A stretch of DNA of 64,000 bases from Macrostomum lignano (Eukaryota): contig NIVC01002194.1 in the NCBI GenBank assembly GCA_002269645.1, positions 23,349 through 87,348 on the forward strand, in the 5' to 3' direction. Numbering within the stretch: position 1 is the first letter of the stretch; the number at the start of each line of letters is the position of its first letter. Under the pieces are notes generated by a model. It made no database searches. It saw only the letters and a program-made list of their open reading frames with translations, and was not told the DNA's origin. A program made the position numbers and the translations under genes. This document shows, piece by piece, positions 51,101-63,764 of this stretch.

Positions 51101-54100
51101 CTATTAATAAACCAAGGATTACTGCACTCATAAGCCATGGATTATTGCTATTAATAAACCAAGGATTACTGCACTCGATAAGCCAAGGATTATTGCTATT
51201 AATAAACCAAGGATTACTGCACTCGATAAGCCAAGGATTATTGCTATTAATAAACCAAGGATTACTGCACTCGATAAGCCAAGGACTATTGCTATTAATA
51301 AACCAAGGATTACTGCACTCAATAAACCAAGGACTATTGCTCTTGGCAAACCAAGGATTACTGCACTCGATAAGCCAAGGACTATTGCTCTTGGCAAACC
51401 AAGGATTACTGCACTCGATAAGCCAAGGACTATTGCTCTTGGCAAACCAAGGATTACTGCACTCGATAAGCCATGGATTATTGCTATTAATAAACCAAGG
51501 ATTACTGCACTCGATAAGCCAAGGATTATTGCTATTAATAAACTAAGGATTACTGCACTCGATAAACCAAGGATTATTGCTATTAATAAACCAAGGATTA
51601 TGCACTTGGCAAACCAAGGATTACTGCAATCGATAAGCCAAGGATTATTGCTATTAATAAACCAAGCATTACTGCACTCAATAAACCAAGGACTATTGCT
51701 ATTAATAAACCAAGGATTACTGCACTCAAAAAACCAAGGACTATTGCTCTTGGCAAACCAAGGATTACTGCACTCGATAAGCCAAGGATTATTGCTATTA
51801 ATAAACCAAGGATTACTGCACTCGATAAGCCAAGGATTATTGCTATTAATAAACCAAGGATTAATGCACTCGATAAACCAAGGATTATTGCTATTAATAA
51901 ACCAAGGATTACTGCACTCGATAAGCCAAGGATTATTGCTATTAATAAACCAAGGATTATGCACTTGGCAAACCAAGGATTACTGCACTCGATAAGCCAA
52001 GGATTATTGCTATTAATAAACCAAGCATTACTGCACTCAATAAACCAAGGACTATTGCTATTAATAAACCAAGGATTACTGCACTCAAAAAACCAAGGAC
52101 TATTGCTCTTGGCAAACCAAGGATTACTGCACTCGATAAGCCAAGGATTATTGCTATTAATAAACCAAGGATTATGCACTTGGCAAACCAAGGATTACTG
52201 CAATCGATAAGCCAAGGATTATTGCTATTAATAAACCAAGCATTACTGCACTCAATAAACCAAGGACTATTGCTATTAATAAACCAAGGATTACTGCACT
52301 CAAAAAACCAAGGACTATTGCTCTTGGCAAACCAAGGATTACTGCACTCGATAAGCCAAGGATTATTGCTATTAATAAACCAAGGATTACTGCACTCGAT
52401 AAGCCAAGGATTATTGCTATTAATAAACCAAGGATTACTGCACTCGATAAGCCAAGGATTATTGCTATTAATAAACTAAGGATTACTGCACTCGATAAAC
52501 CAAGGATTATTGCTATTAATAAACCAAGGATTATGCACTTGGCAAACCAAGGATTACTGCAATCGATAAGCCAAGGATTATTGCTATTAATAAACCAAGC
52601 ATTACTGCACTCAATAAACCAAGGACTATTGCTATTAATAAACCAAGGATTACTGCACTCAAAAAACCAAGGACTATTGCTCTTGGCAAACCAAGGATTA
52701 CTGCACTCGATAAGCCAAGGATTATTGCTATTAATAAACCAAGGATTACTGCACTCGATAAGCCAAGGATTATTGCTATTAATAAACCAAGGATTAATGC
52801 ACTCGATAAACCAAGGATTATTGCTATTAATAAACCAAGGATTACTGCACTCGATAAGCCAAGGATTATTGCTATTAATAAACCAAGGATTATGCACTTG
52901 GCAAACCAAGGATTACTGCACTCGATAAGCCAAGGATTATTGCTATTAATAAACCAAGGATTACTGCACTCAATAAACCAAGGACTATTGCTATTAATAA
53001 ACCAAGGATTACTGCACTCAATAAACCAAGGACTATTGCTCTTGGCAAACCAAGGATTACTGCACTCGATAAGCCAAGGACTATTGCTCTTGGCAAACCA
53101 AGGATTACTGCACTCGATAAGCCATGGATTATTGCTATTAATAAACCAAGGATTACTGCACTCGATAAGCCAAGGATTATTGCTATTAATAAACCAAGGA
53201 TTACTGCACTCGATAAACCAAGGATTATGCACTTGGCAAACCAAGGATTACTGCACTCGATAAGCCAAGGATTATTGCTATTAATAAACCAAGGATTACT
53301 GCACTCAATAAACCAAGGACTATTGCTATTAATAAACCAAGGATTACTGCACTCAATAAACCAAGGACTATTGCTCTTGGCAAACCAAGGATTACTGCAC
53401 TCGATAAGCCAAGGACTATTGCTCTTGGCAAACCAAGGATTACTGCACTCGATAAGCCATGGATTATTGCTATTAATAAACCAAGGATTACTGCACTCGA
53501 TAAGCCAAGGATTATTGCTATTAATAAACCAAGGATTACTGCACTCGATAAACCAAGGATTATTGCTATTAATAAACCAAGGATTATGCACTTGGCAAAC
53601 CAAGGATTACTGCACTCGATAAGCCAAGGATTATTGCTATTAATAAACCAAGGATTACTGCACTCGATAAGGCATGGATTATTGCTATTAATAAACCAAG
53701 GATTACTGCACTCGATAAGCCAAGGATTATTGCTATTAATAAACCATGAATTACTGCACTCGATAAGCCAAGGATTATTGCTATTAATAAACCAAGGATT
53801 ACTGCACTCATAAGCCATGGATTATTGCTATTAATAAACCAAGGATTACTGCACTCGATAAGCCAAGGATTATTGCTATTAATAAACCAAGGATTACTGC
53901 ACTCGATAAGCCAAGGATTATTGCTATTAATAAACCAAGGATTACTGCACTCGATAAGCCAAGGACTATTGCTATTAATAAACCAAGGATTACTGCACTC
54001 AATAAACCAAGGACTATTGCTCTTGGCAAACCAAGGATTACTGCACTCGATAAGCCAAGGACTATTGCTCTTGGCAAACCAAGGATTACTGCACTCGATA

Positions 54101-57100
54101 AGCCATGGATTATTGCTATTAATAAACCAAGGATTACTGCACTCGATAAGCCAAGGATTATTGCTATTAATAAACTAAGGATTACTGCACTCGATAAACC
54201 AAGGATTATTGCTATTAATAAACCAAGGATTATGCACTTGGCAAACCAAGGATTACTGCAATCGATAAGCCAAGGATTATTGCTATTAATAAACCAAGCA
54301 TTACTGCACTCAATAAACCAAGGACTATTGCTATTAATAAACCAAGGATTACTGCACTCAAAAAACCAAGGACTATTGCTCTTGGCAAACCAAGGATTAC
54401 TGCACTCGATAAGCCAAGGATTATTGCTATTAATAAACCAAGGATTACTGCACTCGATAAGCCAAGGATTATTGCTATTAATAAACCAAGGATTAATGCA
54501 CTCGATAAACCAAGGATTATTGCTATTAATAAACCAAGGATTACTGCACTCGATAAGCCAAGGATTATTGCTATTAATAAACCAAGGATTATGCACTTGG
54601 CAAACCAAGGATTACTGCAATCGATAAGCCAAGGATTATTGCTATTAATAAACCAAGCATTACTGCACTCAATAAACCAAGGACTATTGCTATTAATAAA
54701 CCAAGGATTACTGCACTCAAAAAACCAAGGACTATTGCTCTTGGCAAACCAAGGATTACTGCACTCGATAAGCCAAGGACTATTGCTCTTGGCAAACCAA
54801 GGATTACTGCACTCGATAAGCCATGGATTATTGCTATTAATAAACCAAGGATTACTGCACTCGATAAGCCAAGGATTATTGCTATTAATAAACCAAGGAT
54901 TACTGCACTCGATAAACCAAGGATTATGCACTTGGCAAACCAAGGATTACTGCACTCGATAAGCCAAGGATTATTGCTATTAATAAACCAAGGATTACTG
55001 CACTCAATAAACCAAGGACTATTGCTATTAATAAACCAAGGATTACTGCACTCAATAAACCAAGGACTATTGCTCTTGGCAAACCAAGGATTACTGCACT
55101 CGATAAGCCAAGGACTATTGCTCTTGGCAAACCAAGGATTACTGCACTCGATAAGCCATGGATTATTGCTATTAATAAACCAAGGATTACTGCACTCGAT
55201 AAGCCAAGGATTATTGCTATTAATAAACCAAGGATTACTGCACTCGATAAACCAAGGATTATTGCTATTAATAAACCAAGGATTATGCACTTGGCAAACC
55301 AAGGATTACTGCACTCGATAAGCCAAGGATTATTGCTATTAATAAACCAAGGATTACTGCACTCGATAAGGCATGGATTATTGCTATTAATAAACCAAGG
55401 ATTACTGCACTCGATAAGCCAAGGATTATTGCTATTAATAAACCATGAATTACTGCACTCGATAAGCCAAGGATTATTGCTATTAATAAACCAAGGATTA
55501 CTGCACTCGATAAGCCATGGATTATTGCTATTAATAAACCAAGGATTACTGCACTCGATAGCCAAGGATTACTGCGCTTGATAAGCTTGGCTACATGTAT
55601 AGGATTATTTCTATCCAGGGATGCTTGCTATTTAGGGATTCTTGCTATGTGCAGGATGCTTGCTATCTGGAAGGATGATTCTACATTATTTGGGGTATGC
55701 TTGCTATCTGCAAGATGCTTGCTATCTGCAAGATGCTTGCTATCTGCAGATGCTTGCTATCTGGGTGGATGCTTGCTAGGAGTATTAGGGGATGCTTGCT
55801 ACTGGGGGGATGCTTGCTGTCTTGGGAATATTTTCTATTTAGGGGTAATGACTAAAATTCATGAGAGCTAGCCTAGAGGTAAACAGACTAAACTGCTAAA
55901 TGCAGGGACGATGGTTCGAATTTTTAGAGAGTAGAGTTTTTTTAATTAAAGCCTTTTAACGCCAAGACAAAAAAAATTATGGAAGCGTCATGTAAACAAT
56001 CATACAAGCGTCATGTAAACAATCATAGAAGCGTCATGTAAACAATCATAGAAGCGTCATGTAAAAATCATAGAAGCGTCATGTAAAAATCATAGAAGCG
56101 TAATGTAAACAATCATAGAAGCGTCATGTTAAAATCATAAAAGCGTCATGTAAACAATCATACAAGCGTCATGTAAACAATCATAGAAGCGTCATGTAAA
56201 AAAATCATAGAAGCGTCATGTTAAAATCATAAAAGCGTCATAAAAAATCATAGAAGCGTCATGCAAGCAATCATAGAAGCGTAATGTAAACAATCATAGA
56301 AGCGTCATGTTAAAATCATACAAGCGTCATGTAAACAATCATACAAGCGTCATGTAAACAATCATAGAAGCGTCATGTAAAAAAATCGTAGAAGCGTCAT
56401 GTTAAAATCATAGAAGCGTCATGTAAAAATCATAGAAGCGTCATGTAAAAATCATAGAAGCGTCATGTAAAAAATCATAGAAGCGTCATGTAAAAATCAT
56501 ACAAGCGTCATGTAAAAAATCATAGAAGCGTCATGTAAAAATCATAGAAGCGTCATGTAAAAAATCATAGAAGCGTCATGTAAAAATCATACAAGCGTCA
56601 TGTAAACAAGCATAGAAGCGTCATGAAAAAATTATAGAAGCCTCATATAAAAACTAATGAAAGTGTGTCATTTAAAAAATTAAGAAGCATCATGGAAGAA
56701 TAAAAGAAGCGTAACGTAAAAATCAAAAGAAGCGTCATGTCAGACATGAAAGAAATGTCATATAAAAATTAAATGAAGCTATAGTACAGTGCTGTGCTGG
56801 GGAGAATTACTGAGACGTCAAGGCTCACAGAGAATAACTGAGATTACAGGGGGGTTTCTGAGATGTTAAAGCAAAAGTCAGAAGCTACTTCAAAGTACAT
56901 GTACTTTACTTAAGTTTTTTATTGCACACGGCTTGCCACGGTGGGGGGGGGCGCTGATAGAAGAAGAGTCATGTAAAAATAAAAGGAGCACTATGTATAC
57001 ATAAAATAAAAGTCATGTCAAAGTTAAAAGATTCATTTGGGAATTGCTACGATGTCAAAGCTTGGAGGGAATCGTTATAGTGCTGTGATTCTTAAAGAAG

Positions 57101-58352
57101 GAATCACTTAAATGCCAAGGCTTAGGGAAGAAGAATTGCTGTGATTTCAAGGCTTTAGGTTGGGTGAAAGTTAGGTTTACGTCAGGTTTGGGTTGAGGGT
57201 TAGATTTTAGCGCGTTTCAAGGTTAACAGGGGATTTTTTAGATTTCAAGGTTTATGGGGGCATCGCTGACATGTCAAGGCTTACGAGGGGAATCTATCTA
57301 TCTATCTATAGCTGAGATGTCAAGGCTCACGGGGGAATAAATGAGATGTCAAGGCTAATGTCAGAAGCTACATGTAGTTTATTGGAAAAAAGTTATTACA
57401 TTATTTGTTGGCTCCTCACGGGAGGGATCGCTGATAGAAAAAGCGTAATGTAAAAAAAAAGAAGCTTCATGTCAAAGTTAAGAGATTCATTTGGGAATCC
57501 CTACGATGTCGAGGCTTGCAGGGAATCGCTATAATGCTGTAGTAGTGCTATAGACTCTTAGAGAGAATTACTGAAATTTCAATGCTTTAGGGTTAGGGTT
57601 AGGGTTAGGGTTAGGGTTAGAAAATAGACAGATTTTTTAAGATTTCAAGGCTTGTGGGAGCATTGCTGAGATGTCAAGGGGGGAGTTGATATGTTAAGGC
57701 TTGTGGGGGGGGGGATTGCTGACATGTCAAGGCTTACAAGGGTACTGGTAGCGTACTGAAGCATACTGGTAGAAGTAGCTCTGAAAGAAGGCAAGTATGG
57801 TTGAATTTCAATGTCTGTTATAAAATTCTGCACAAACATGTTTTATTGGTACATAAGCCTGGAATTAAAATGAGAATTCGATTCCTAGCCCCCCTCCCTA
57901 AGAATTTTTTTCATTTAAAAGGATTCGTCCCTTGCTTATTGGCCACCCGAAGGCCATTTTTTATCAAAAATGATAAAAATAATTTTTATCAAACACGTTG
58001 ACATATACAGGGCTCTAAACTAAAAACTGTAAAAAGTTGATAGTTTTGTTTTACCTAAAATGCGTTATTAACGGTCTCCAAAAATTCCTATTTTAAGCTT
58101 AAGCTTAAGAAAAACACTTAAAGTACTCCTGCTAAAAGGTATATTATATTAGACGAATATTAATTATTTCTGCTCCCCGAAGGGGGGCAAAACTTTAGCT
58201 AGTAGAAGTGCTAAAATCGAAGGGTATTAAATTTTAAACGAAAGCTTATGAATACAAGATGCATAAAAGAAGAAGACTTACCAAACAACCCTATTTCTAA
58301 TTGTGATAGGCAGCGAATGCAATGCTTGAATTAGCAAGGGGAGCTGCGGCAT
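42142..58352 (-). CDS. SLC37A2: SLC37A-family sugar-phosphate/Pi exchanger (MFS, SLC37A1/2-like), ~560 aa, 14 coding exons: 58352-58282, 50004-49923, 49837-49744, 49654-49576, 49474-49339, 47791-47715, 47046-46880, 45945-45902, 45094-44795, 43384-43145, 42959-42911, 42822-42676, 42584-42487, 42240-42142
   Basis: Motifs [117 protein letters not shown]. All GT-AG, phases consistent, 1683 nt. Exact paralogue (A1 vs A2) is not decidable. Confidence 0.92.
43452..44740. repeat. 59-bp minisatellite in an SLC37A intron, about 22 copies
   Basis: GACTGACTAGAAAAGATAACAGGCCGGCGGAGAAATTGACACCCACCTCACTAGGCCTA and variants. Confidence 0.96.
46130..46765. repeat. 30-bp degenerate minisatellite GAACCCTATTCTAAGAAACCTGAAGATTCT in an SLC37A intron
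   Basis: Read directly; in-frame TAA interruptions. Confidence 0.93.
47165..47370. repeat. ~20-bp repeat CGGATGGACATTATAAGCAC
   Basis: Read directly. Confidence 0.85.
47950..48355. repeat. Polypurine (G/A) low-complexity tract
   Basis: About 400 bp almost entirely G and A. Confidence 0.95.
48396..49273. mobile_element. Foldback element with GGG...CCC termini and 8-bp TSD, 878 bp
   Basis: Left arm TTTGCTTGCCGAAC repeats, right arm GTTCGGCAAGCAAA repeats. TSD GATTACAG at 48388-48395 and 49274-49281. Confidence 0.9.
50743..50804 (+). mobile_element. tRNA-like (Pol III A/B box) fragment, probably a SINE head, copy 1
   Basis: ATGAGAGCTAGCCTAGAG...CAGACTGCTAATGCAG...GGGTTCGAATC; acceptor stem does not close. 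Confidence 0.55.
50878..55575. repeat. 4.7-kb hierarchical satellite (24-bp subunits, 48-bp dimer, ~359-bp and ~2.65-kb higher-order repeats) in SLC37A intron 1
   Basis: AACCAAGGATTACTGCACTCGATA alternates with AGCCAAGGATTATTGCTATTAATA. The marker ATGCACTTGGC occurs at 51600, 51959, 52174, 52533, 52892, 53227, 53586, 54232, 54591, 54926, 55285. Confidence 0.97.
55861..55921 (+). mobile_element. tRNA-like (Pol III A/B box) fragment, copy 2
   Basis: ATGAGAGCTAGCCTAGAG...ACTGCTAAATGCAG...GGTTCGAAT; direct repeat of 50743-50804. Confidence 0.55.
55980..56640. repeat. 21-23-bp minisatellite GAAGCGTCATGTAAA(C)AATCATA
   Basis: Read directly. Confidence 0.95.
57587..57620 (+). repeat. Short interstitial telomere-type repeat (TTAGGG)5 TTAG
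   Basis: Five perfect units. Confidence 0.9.
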
Positions 58353-61137
58353 GGTTAGTTCCCTAAAATTGAGCACAAAATGTAAGCGTAGCAAACTCTA
58401 ATGAACCTAAACCCAAATATTGCTTAACTCAATTAAAACTACTTGAGTTAATATATACTTGAGTCAGATGCACAGGAGTGTTCAAATAATGGCAAAGGCC
58501 ATAAGCTTAAGCCTGCTTAATCCGCGCTAAGTAAAGCACTTATGCAAATAGACTTTACTAAAGTTTTAACTTTTGTAGAAAAGCTCCAACTTAAATTTTG
58601 TTGCAAGCGAACACTGACGATAGCAACATAATAACAAAAAACAATCACTATTTGAAATAGAACTGCGTTTAAGTAATCAAAAACTTCAGAATTTGCTTAG
58701 TGGTTTAATGGCAAAAATATTAATTTCTCCTAAAGTTAAAAAAATCTGAATAAACCACGATAATTCTAACCGAGGACTATTTAATCATTGATTAAAACGT
58801 ACAAGTACAAACTAATGATGAGGACGCACCTTTTTTTCAATCTTAGAACCGCACATTTTGCTTCGATGCGCTTTTCCCCTACTGTCAGTAGGCTAGCTTG
58901 GGAATTTCTCTCCGTTCTCTCACCTAGGCTAAGTTCTATACTAATTTATGACATTACTATTAATTATCTTAGGTACTCAATGTACTTCTCTTCTCTTAGG
59001 ATTCTAATTTTGGATTGTTTACGCATCTTTGAAGGTCAGGCTGTCTGGGTTTGAGACGGATTGACCTCTAACAATCTAGACAGGCGACACTAAGTCTGGG
59101 AGGAATGTTTTCAACCCCATTCTGACCCCCAGATTTGTGGCTTTTTCACTGTTCTCAGTGATTTATGGCGGTCTAGCTGTCATTTTTGGCTCCAGCCTGT
59201 CTGGGTCAAAGAAGTCTTTCCAGCTCTCTCCCCCATCGCTCAGTTACTTTCTCCTTTGATTTATGGGCGTTTTGCTGTCACTTTTGTCGCCAGGATGTCT
59301 AGACAAGGGACTTTTATTGCGTTTTGCTCATGATTTATCACTGCACCTGTCAACTCCCCTGGGGTCTGAAGGCCACCTAGCGGAGTGGGTTTTGGGGTCT
59401 TGAGCTCAGCCAATTAGAGTCGACCGGACTGCCCTCGGCTCGACCAATCAGAAAATTCGGCGCCTATTTTAACAAAAGCTCTCAGCCAATCAGAACATTC
59501 GGCGTGCGTTATAACAAATCGGCCGCGAGAAAGCTATAAAAGGCAGCAACTCGACCCGCGCTCGAAAAGGTCTCTTGGCCTGCTTGGACCTCCCTTCTTG
59601 CACGGTCCTAACCCCGCCTTAGACGGCCCCTTCGGCATCTGCTCCGTCTTCGACGTCTGGTCCCCCTTCCCCCGGTAGTTTCGGCTTCAACAGCTAAGTT
59701 CCCCCTGAGAAGCATCATCGCAGTATCTCCCGGCAGTGATCTAAGAGCAGCAACGACAATCGGCAAGTGAAGAGTACCGGCGGCACTCGTCAGCTAAGAT
59801 CAGCAGCAGCATCCCATCTGAGCGCTTGGGTCTCTGTGGATCCCTTGGCTACCGGCAGTTAGGTCCTCTGATTGGTTTGGTGAGAGGCTATCTTGACCTG
59901 CTTAACTGGGTGCACCCTTTGTCTGACCCCTCCCTAGGTAGTCTGATAGGATTTGCACTTTTGCTTACTTTCTTTTTGTGTGTCAAACTTGAGGCAGAAG
60001 TGTCAGTTAATATTAAAAGTAGCCATTTGCTCTGACTCAATCTAAGGTGTTTAGAATAGCGGATTAAGTAAGAAAGTTAATTCTAGAAGTTAAAGACTTA
60101 GTGTTTTCTTTCTTTCTCCGCAATGCCAGCTGAGATGAGCGGCTAGATCTAGAGGCAAAGGTCACAGTGGACCGGAAGCGGCACAGTTCCCAGTCAATCA
60201 GTCGATCTCGGAAATCGCGATAAGCATGCAAATTAAGTGCCAGACTGGTGCTTTCGCGCAGTCTCAGGCAGCTAAGCGGCTAAAACGAGTTAAATGTTAG
60301 TCTAAAGATCTCCAAAGGTGGCAATACACCAACATCAACGCTATCTGTCGACGTGTTAACACATTTAGTGCCAAAGGTGTGCAGTTGCGTGTATTTGTAC
60401 ATGTACTTCTGGGAATTTGGTAATGAAATAGTACTTTTAGTAGTGTATGAAGGCTCGCCAGCGCAAGAACCCCCTGCAAAAGTCCTCTCTGTCCCAGCAT
60501 GGCCAATGCGATCCTAGTCCCAGCAGCGTTCCTTCTATTTGGCTATGACTTCGAGATGTAGACAGCTAAAAGACACTAGATGGCAGGTAAGTGCAGTGCC
60601 CCTCTAGTCGGAAGTCCGATTTCGATAGCTCCGGTTTGGTGAGCCGGGGCACACGGACTGGTGGCAGCGGGTTAGTTAATCTGCGGATTAGCTAATCTCT
60701 ACCTTTCAAATTCTCCCTGCTTGTCTCTCGCAGTCTTCTCTTAGCTATAGGACCTTGCTGCTCGCCCACAATCTAGCTACCATGGGGCTGACCATCTGAC
60801 AGGAGTGAGAGGCCAGAGATTTAAGTGATTCATTTCGGAGTTCTGAGGCCCGAAGGTATAGGCTTAAAAAGGCCGAAACCATCACTAACAAGATTTTATT
60901 ATTTTTGCTGATGCGACTCGAAAATCGAATTTGGAGAGGAAACACTGAATAAGTATTAATCCAGGCATAAATAGCTGTCCTAAATTATAGTTTAAAAGGA
61001 ACTGCGACTGAACAATAAAATGCATATGCAGCCATTAAATATTTTATTTAAGGTCAAGGCTTTCTTGCCATGTCATTACCAAGGATCAATGGAATGGCGA
61101 ATTTCAATACCAAATATATTTATGGTATAATTTTCAG

Positions 61138-63647
61138 TTAAAGCAGACAGCCACCTCCAATCTTTCCATTGATAACGTCAATAGTGTAGCCAGTACGGCG
61201 CAAAAATCTTCGCAAAGAAGAGTTCTTAACAGTGAACTCATTCGTTGTTCCACTAAAAGACTTGGGGCTCTCCCAGATCAGTACTGGTTTGTACCAGCCA
61301 AAGTGTTTTAATCGATAGATGCCAGGCTGTGCACATGCCGGAATGTCCCATTCGATGTGAGCTTCGCTGCGACCCAGAACACCGTTTGTTCTTACCCAAG
61401 AGAATCTGCAAGAGTCACATTTTTTCGTCCCGGATGTGGAAAAATTTATAGATAGAGCAAAGGAAATCTAATGATCATTTGTTAGCGTACCTAGTCTCAA
61501 CGCAGGCGTCATTGCAGATGTCCACCCAGCCGCCGTTTTCGGTTTTCTTTTGCACAAGCAGGAAAGTTCCACCCAGCATCATGTTGTTTCGTGGGTGACC
61601 AGTGCGGAATTTGGCTGATACAGTCTGGCCCTAATTTTTGCAGGAAAAATAACGCTATTTAACAGCGGGCTATTATAAATACACAGAACTAAAAGTGAGG
61701 AATTTAATGACAACCTCCATGTAAGGCAGAATTGGCAAACTCCGGCCCGCGAAGCCTCTATCCGACTCTCGGGTCCTTTGAAACTGCATGCACAATAGCA
61801 ATCCGGCCCACTCAAGGGTTGTCTCAGCTCTGCTGTCTTCCCTCTCTTCCCTCTCTTATCTCTCTCACTTCTTCTCTTATTTTATGTATCTTATATTCTC
61901 CTCTCCTTTCCCCTTCTCCTCTCCTTTCCTCTTATCTTCCTCGCCTCTTTCTTCTTATCTCGCTCCTCTATTCCCTCTCCCTTCCTCTCTCTTCGAGTTT
62001 CTATCGAAATTTTAGTCACTAACCGTCGACACAAAGCATGGTTTAAATAAAATTGCATATATAGCATGAATTAATTCTTTTGCACTCACGGCGCTATAAG
62101 ACGAAGCCGGTTGCTGGACAACGTCGCCAAAATTCCTATTAGTACCGACGCTATCGTAGACAATTGGCGATACAAATGACCAGCCTTTAATTGATCCAAG
62201 ATTGTTTGGCGGGTGAATCTCTGATTGGACAGCCGTGTTCGTGGCCAGAGCCGCCGCAAGTTTGCCGAACTGTTGTACGTATGCTGACAAAGTGTGCGGA
62301 CCAAAGATGGTCGATGCGGCCTCGTAGCGCTGGGCCTGTAGATCAAATTGGTGCCAGATTTCTATTTGCATCAGAAGTTTGATCCATCGATGAGAGAATC
62401 AATATTTTACGTTGCTAAAGAGGCTGCATGTCAACTTTAAATAAAAAATATGAAAGCCGCTCACTAGGGCCGAGACACCCCAAGGACCACTGAAATGTCC
62501 CAGTCGTCCTTGAGACACCACCTTGCCTTCCTGATTCGATTTAATAGGGAAAGGGAAATGAGGATCTTATGCCAACGTAAGCACTGAAACAGAGCCACAA
62601 TGCTCAGCTTGAGACCAACTTGACTCTGAGAAATAGGGCCGTAGTAGCCTAGCTTTGTGGTCCAGCGCAGCGTTTTTGTACCAGCGGCCCAGGCTCGATT
62701 CCAAGTGCAGGCACATTAACTTGAGGCTAAATGGGAATCTCGGGTTGGCTCTGCTCTCGTGCAATTAACGCTACTGAAGGCCAAACCCCAAGGCACAGTG
62801 AAGTGTACATGCCTGGCGATAAATAAAGTAAGGGCCACTGTACACTCTTGTGTGAGTGTGTGCCTGTGCGTATGACTGCGTACGTATCCGTGCGCTTGTG
62901 TGCCTGCTCAGGAGAGTCGGCGGAATGGGCAGTAATGCCTCTCGCCGGTTGTGTGACAATGTCTCTTAAGGCTCATTCACACTGCCACCAAACGAGCCAC
63001 CAAATCACACGACCAATGTACAAAGGAATCATATTCGATGTGCAAATTTTGTGATCACACGTAATTTGGTCTTATTTAAGATGGCAGTGTGAACGAGCCA
63101 TTAAAGTGTACCAGGGTGCACACAGCCCCCTGCCTCCGATAAAAAGACTCTCAATCGACAGCTGGTCGGGCCATGCAGTCGACTAAAATTTTTTGAACGA
63201 TATCCGACAGAGAAGTCGTCGGTTTTTTTCCAAGCCGCATTAATTGTTGACATCCACTTTGTCTTCACTTACCTGGTACTCCTCGAATGTGGTGACGTAG
63301 CTCGAGTAGAGATTCGACACTCCGGACAAGACGACTTTGGCGCCTGTCATGCCATTGTCGGCCAGGGCCTATCGATGTTTAAAACAAAAACATTGCAATT
63401 TTAACTTTGAACTGCTCATTTGAACATTCCAATTTCGTCGAGCTTTACCAAACTAATCTTGGTTTAAAAGACTTTGTTCTGAAAATTTCCACTGGCCACA
63501 AAGTCTACAAACCTTCTGCACAGCTTCCCGAACTCGCCGACCAGACATGGTGGTAAATTCGCCTGGCAGAGCGACGATCACTAGGGGACCGATTTTCAGC
63601 AGTTGAGTCTCGATCACCTTTGGCTGCCAGTCGGTCGGGAAGGTCAT
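61138..63647 (-). CDS. ASAH2: Neutral/alkaline non-lysosomal ceramidase, last five exons: 63647-63513, 63368-63273, 62335-62090, 61630-61491, 61405-61138; 5' part beyond the window
   Basis: WQPKVIETQLLKIGPLVIVALPGEFTTMSGRRVREAV, SNLYSSYVTTFEEYQ|AQRYEAASTIFGPHTLSAY, GHPRNN, IEWDIP...PGIYRLKHFG...FSGTTNEFTV. GT-AG with consistent phases. Confidence 0.93.
62970..63099. mobile_element. PIF/Harbinger (Tourist)-like MITE, 130 bp, in a ceramidase intron
   Basis: 18-bp TIR GGCTC(A/G)TTCACACTGCCA with one mismatch; TTA/TAA-type flanks. Confidence 0.75.
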
Positions 63648-63764
63648 CTGGAAATAATGCATTTTTAATGATCAGACTTACGACTGTTGAACGCTCAACT
63701 TTTGGGAGACAGTGCGAGACACTTAAATGAGTGCCGGCGACGCTAAAGTTACACCTGCAGGACA

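Noticed and set aside
50874-55581. Many ORFs (MHLANQGLL..., MVCQVHNPW...) and a repeat-spacer look suggesting CRISPR
   Set aside because: The 'spacers' are themselves repeated 24-bp subunits; the context is a eukaryotic intron with no cas genes.
61138-61152. Ceramidase C-terminus GGCLL* as a CaaX prenylation signal
   Set aside because: Only two residues follow the Cys, so it is not CaaX.
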